Assembly (NCBI GenBank): GCA_963794945.1
Contig: CAWCFT010000017.1
Span: 32,001 to 96,000, forward strand
From: Endomicrobiales bacterium
Lineage (GTDB): Bacteria > Elusimicrobiota > Endomicrobiia > Endomicrobiales > CAWCFT01
Length of the DNA: 64,000 nucleotides
Direction: 5' to 3'
Numbering within the stretch: position 1 is the first letter of the stretch; each line of letters begins with the position of its first letter. Of the stretch, positions 63,401 through 64,000 are shown one piece after another. The notes under the pieces were generated by a model. The model was not told where the DNA came from, did no database searches, and saw nothing but the letters and a program-made list of their open reading frames with translations. Both the position numbers and the translations under genes were made by a program.

Positions 63401-63536
63401 GCGCGATATTTGGATACGCGTCCACAGGAAGTTTATGAAAAAAATACGCGCCAAATACCGCCAGCATCAGGCACATAATTATTACAAAAATGCGGTAACG
63501 GAGAACAAGCCTTACAACTTTCGCGCTGCGGGACAT
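60453..63536 (-). CDS. CusA/CzcA-family heavy-metal RND efflux transporter
   Basis: LPVDAYP, SLGAIDFGLIV, EGKIFQPMA, RLRPV, QRPLA.VIVGG. Confidence 0.93.
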   Translation of the reverse strand: MSRSAKVVRLVLRYRIFVIIMCLMLAVFGAYFFHKLPVDAYPNIAPLNIQVITQWPGRSTLEIERQLTIPIETALSGVPDIQSLRSVSLFGLSSVTLQFKEGTDSFRARTNVQMYLNSATVPAGVQPALSPDADALGEILRFRLESDNYDLLTLKSWLDWDIYRNLISVPGVADINGFGGMVKQYQVLPSPERLQSYGITLGQLVTSLSNANANVGGDVITGGEQRYVVRGVGLLQSLDDIRDVVVAVNQGVPVKVADLAEVKIGNAPRLGMVKFNKDDDAVEGIVVMRRGGNASEVLERVRQKITELNTSGILPKGIKIQSFYDRQNLLDMTLGTVKHTLLMGIVLVLIVLYMFLGNVRASVATAMVIPLSLCVAFTGMYFFNVPANLISLGAIDFGLIVEAAVIVIENIMRQLEAGTENLYQTVTDASAEVQRAMVFSTLIIITSYSPLFFMGGIEGKIFQPMAFTMGLGLLASIVLSVTFMPVSASYLFNTGVAPHTPVFVGWILGYYRPLLKKLIQKPVAVITVALLTLAVALFGAYNLGTDFLPTLEENNMWIRVTLPNTVDLDYSSKVAGEIRSYFLSQPEIETVVVQIGRPDDGTDSTGVFNLEFGVYLKRPGKWPRGATKANLEKKLQSYLESIPGIEYEFSQYIQDNVAEAISGVKGENSVKLFGPNLDELSKKAMKIQGLLKKIRGIEDVGIYQELGQPTLNINVNRSLCARFGVNVSDVENLVQNAIGGNAVSSILEGERRFDLAVRFPETNRDMIEKVKYLLVDTPDGQRIPLSMLAGVELTDGPFFIYREAGKRYIAIKFGVRDRDLGSATAEAQKMVKKEIELPRGYTIKWDGEFNQMKTAQLKLAIIIPLTLFAIFLLLFFTFGNALESSIVILNVPFAAIGGIAALYLTGENLSISAGIGFLSLFGIAIQNGIILISYVKKLSVHHGHDLATAVLEGSSLRLRPVVMIALLAGLGLLPAALSHAVGSQAQRPLALVIVGGMVSTTLLTLLVLPVIFAWVHKVRGVSHLNQN

Positions 63537-63671
63537 ATATTAACCTCAAATACTAAATCCTAAGAAAACTACAATAAACAATCTAAATAGATATTTTCTG
63601 ATTTATTGCTGATTTTTACCTTTTTGATTATTGTGTCGGATTTAGAAATTCGTGCTTCGAAATTGTCTTTA

Positions 63672-64000
63672 CTATTCTTCTATCATATTATTTATAAGCA
63701 CAGCGCCCTTTGTGACCACATCCTCGTTCCCTTTCAAACCAGTAAGCACAGCTACGCGCCCGTCTCTAAGGTTCATAGAGGTGACCGGCATCCTGCGGTA
63801 GACACCTTCTGTTTCCTTTACAATGACATAGCCTGCGTCTTTTATCTGGATAAGCGCGGCCTTTGGCACTATAACGGCTTTCCTTTCGGCAACTCTCAAA
63901 TAGGCATTAACGAATATCTCGGGCCGTAGTTCGCCGGAGGGATTTGGCACGTCGCATCTTATGGAAAGAATGTGGGAAACCGGGTCGATGGAAGGTGCGA
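63672..64000 (-). CDS. RND periplasmic adaptor (CzcB/CusB-like), 5'-partial
   Basis: LRPEIFV...VPKAAL...GLKGNEDVVTKGA; frame continues past the right edge. Confidence 0.85.
   Translation of the reverse strand, partial: APSIDPVSHILSIRCDVPNPSGELRPEIFVNAYLRVAERKAVIVPKAALIQIKDAGYVIVKETEGVYRRMPVTSMNLRDGRVAVLTGLKGNEDVVTKGAVLINNMIEE

Overview
Bacterial (diderm-type, moderate GC) window with essentially all genes on the minus strand. Bases 1 to ~59,409 look like the right-hand part of a large integrated mobilizable element. Its backbone has a VirD4/TraD-like coupling protein, a MOBC/Replic_Relax-like relaxase, a cloverleaf oriT candidate, a STAS-HATPase pair and a RelBE-like toxin-antitoxin (TA) pair on the left, and an AbiEi/AbiEii TA pair on the right. 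Between them lies ~51 kb of cargo: a glycogen-degradation/phosphoketolase/PPi-polyP gene cluster, a P3A H+-ATPase, ABC exporters, BON/CsbD/OmpA stress proteins and two-component genes. Three cargo promoters share an identical 21-bp palindrome-plus-(-35) motif. The element ends at the anticodon loop of a tRNA-Glu(CUC), of which only the 5' half remains. Just upstream of that half-tRNA is a ~350-bp GIY-YIG cassette with twin hairpins, flanked by a 16-bp duplication of the tRNA 5' end; this is a candidate minimal tRNA-targeting mobile element. Probable host genes (YbhB/YbcL, CusA/CzcA RND, CzcB-like) follow. At least nine cargo genes carry apparent single-base frameshifts (decay or sequencing error). 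No CRISPR array or rRNA was seen. All protein calls come from motif recognition, not database searches.
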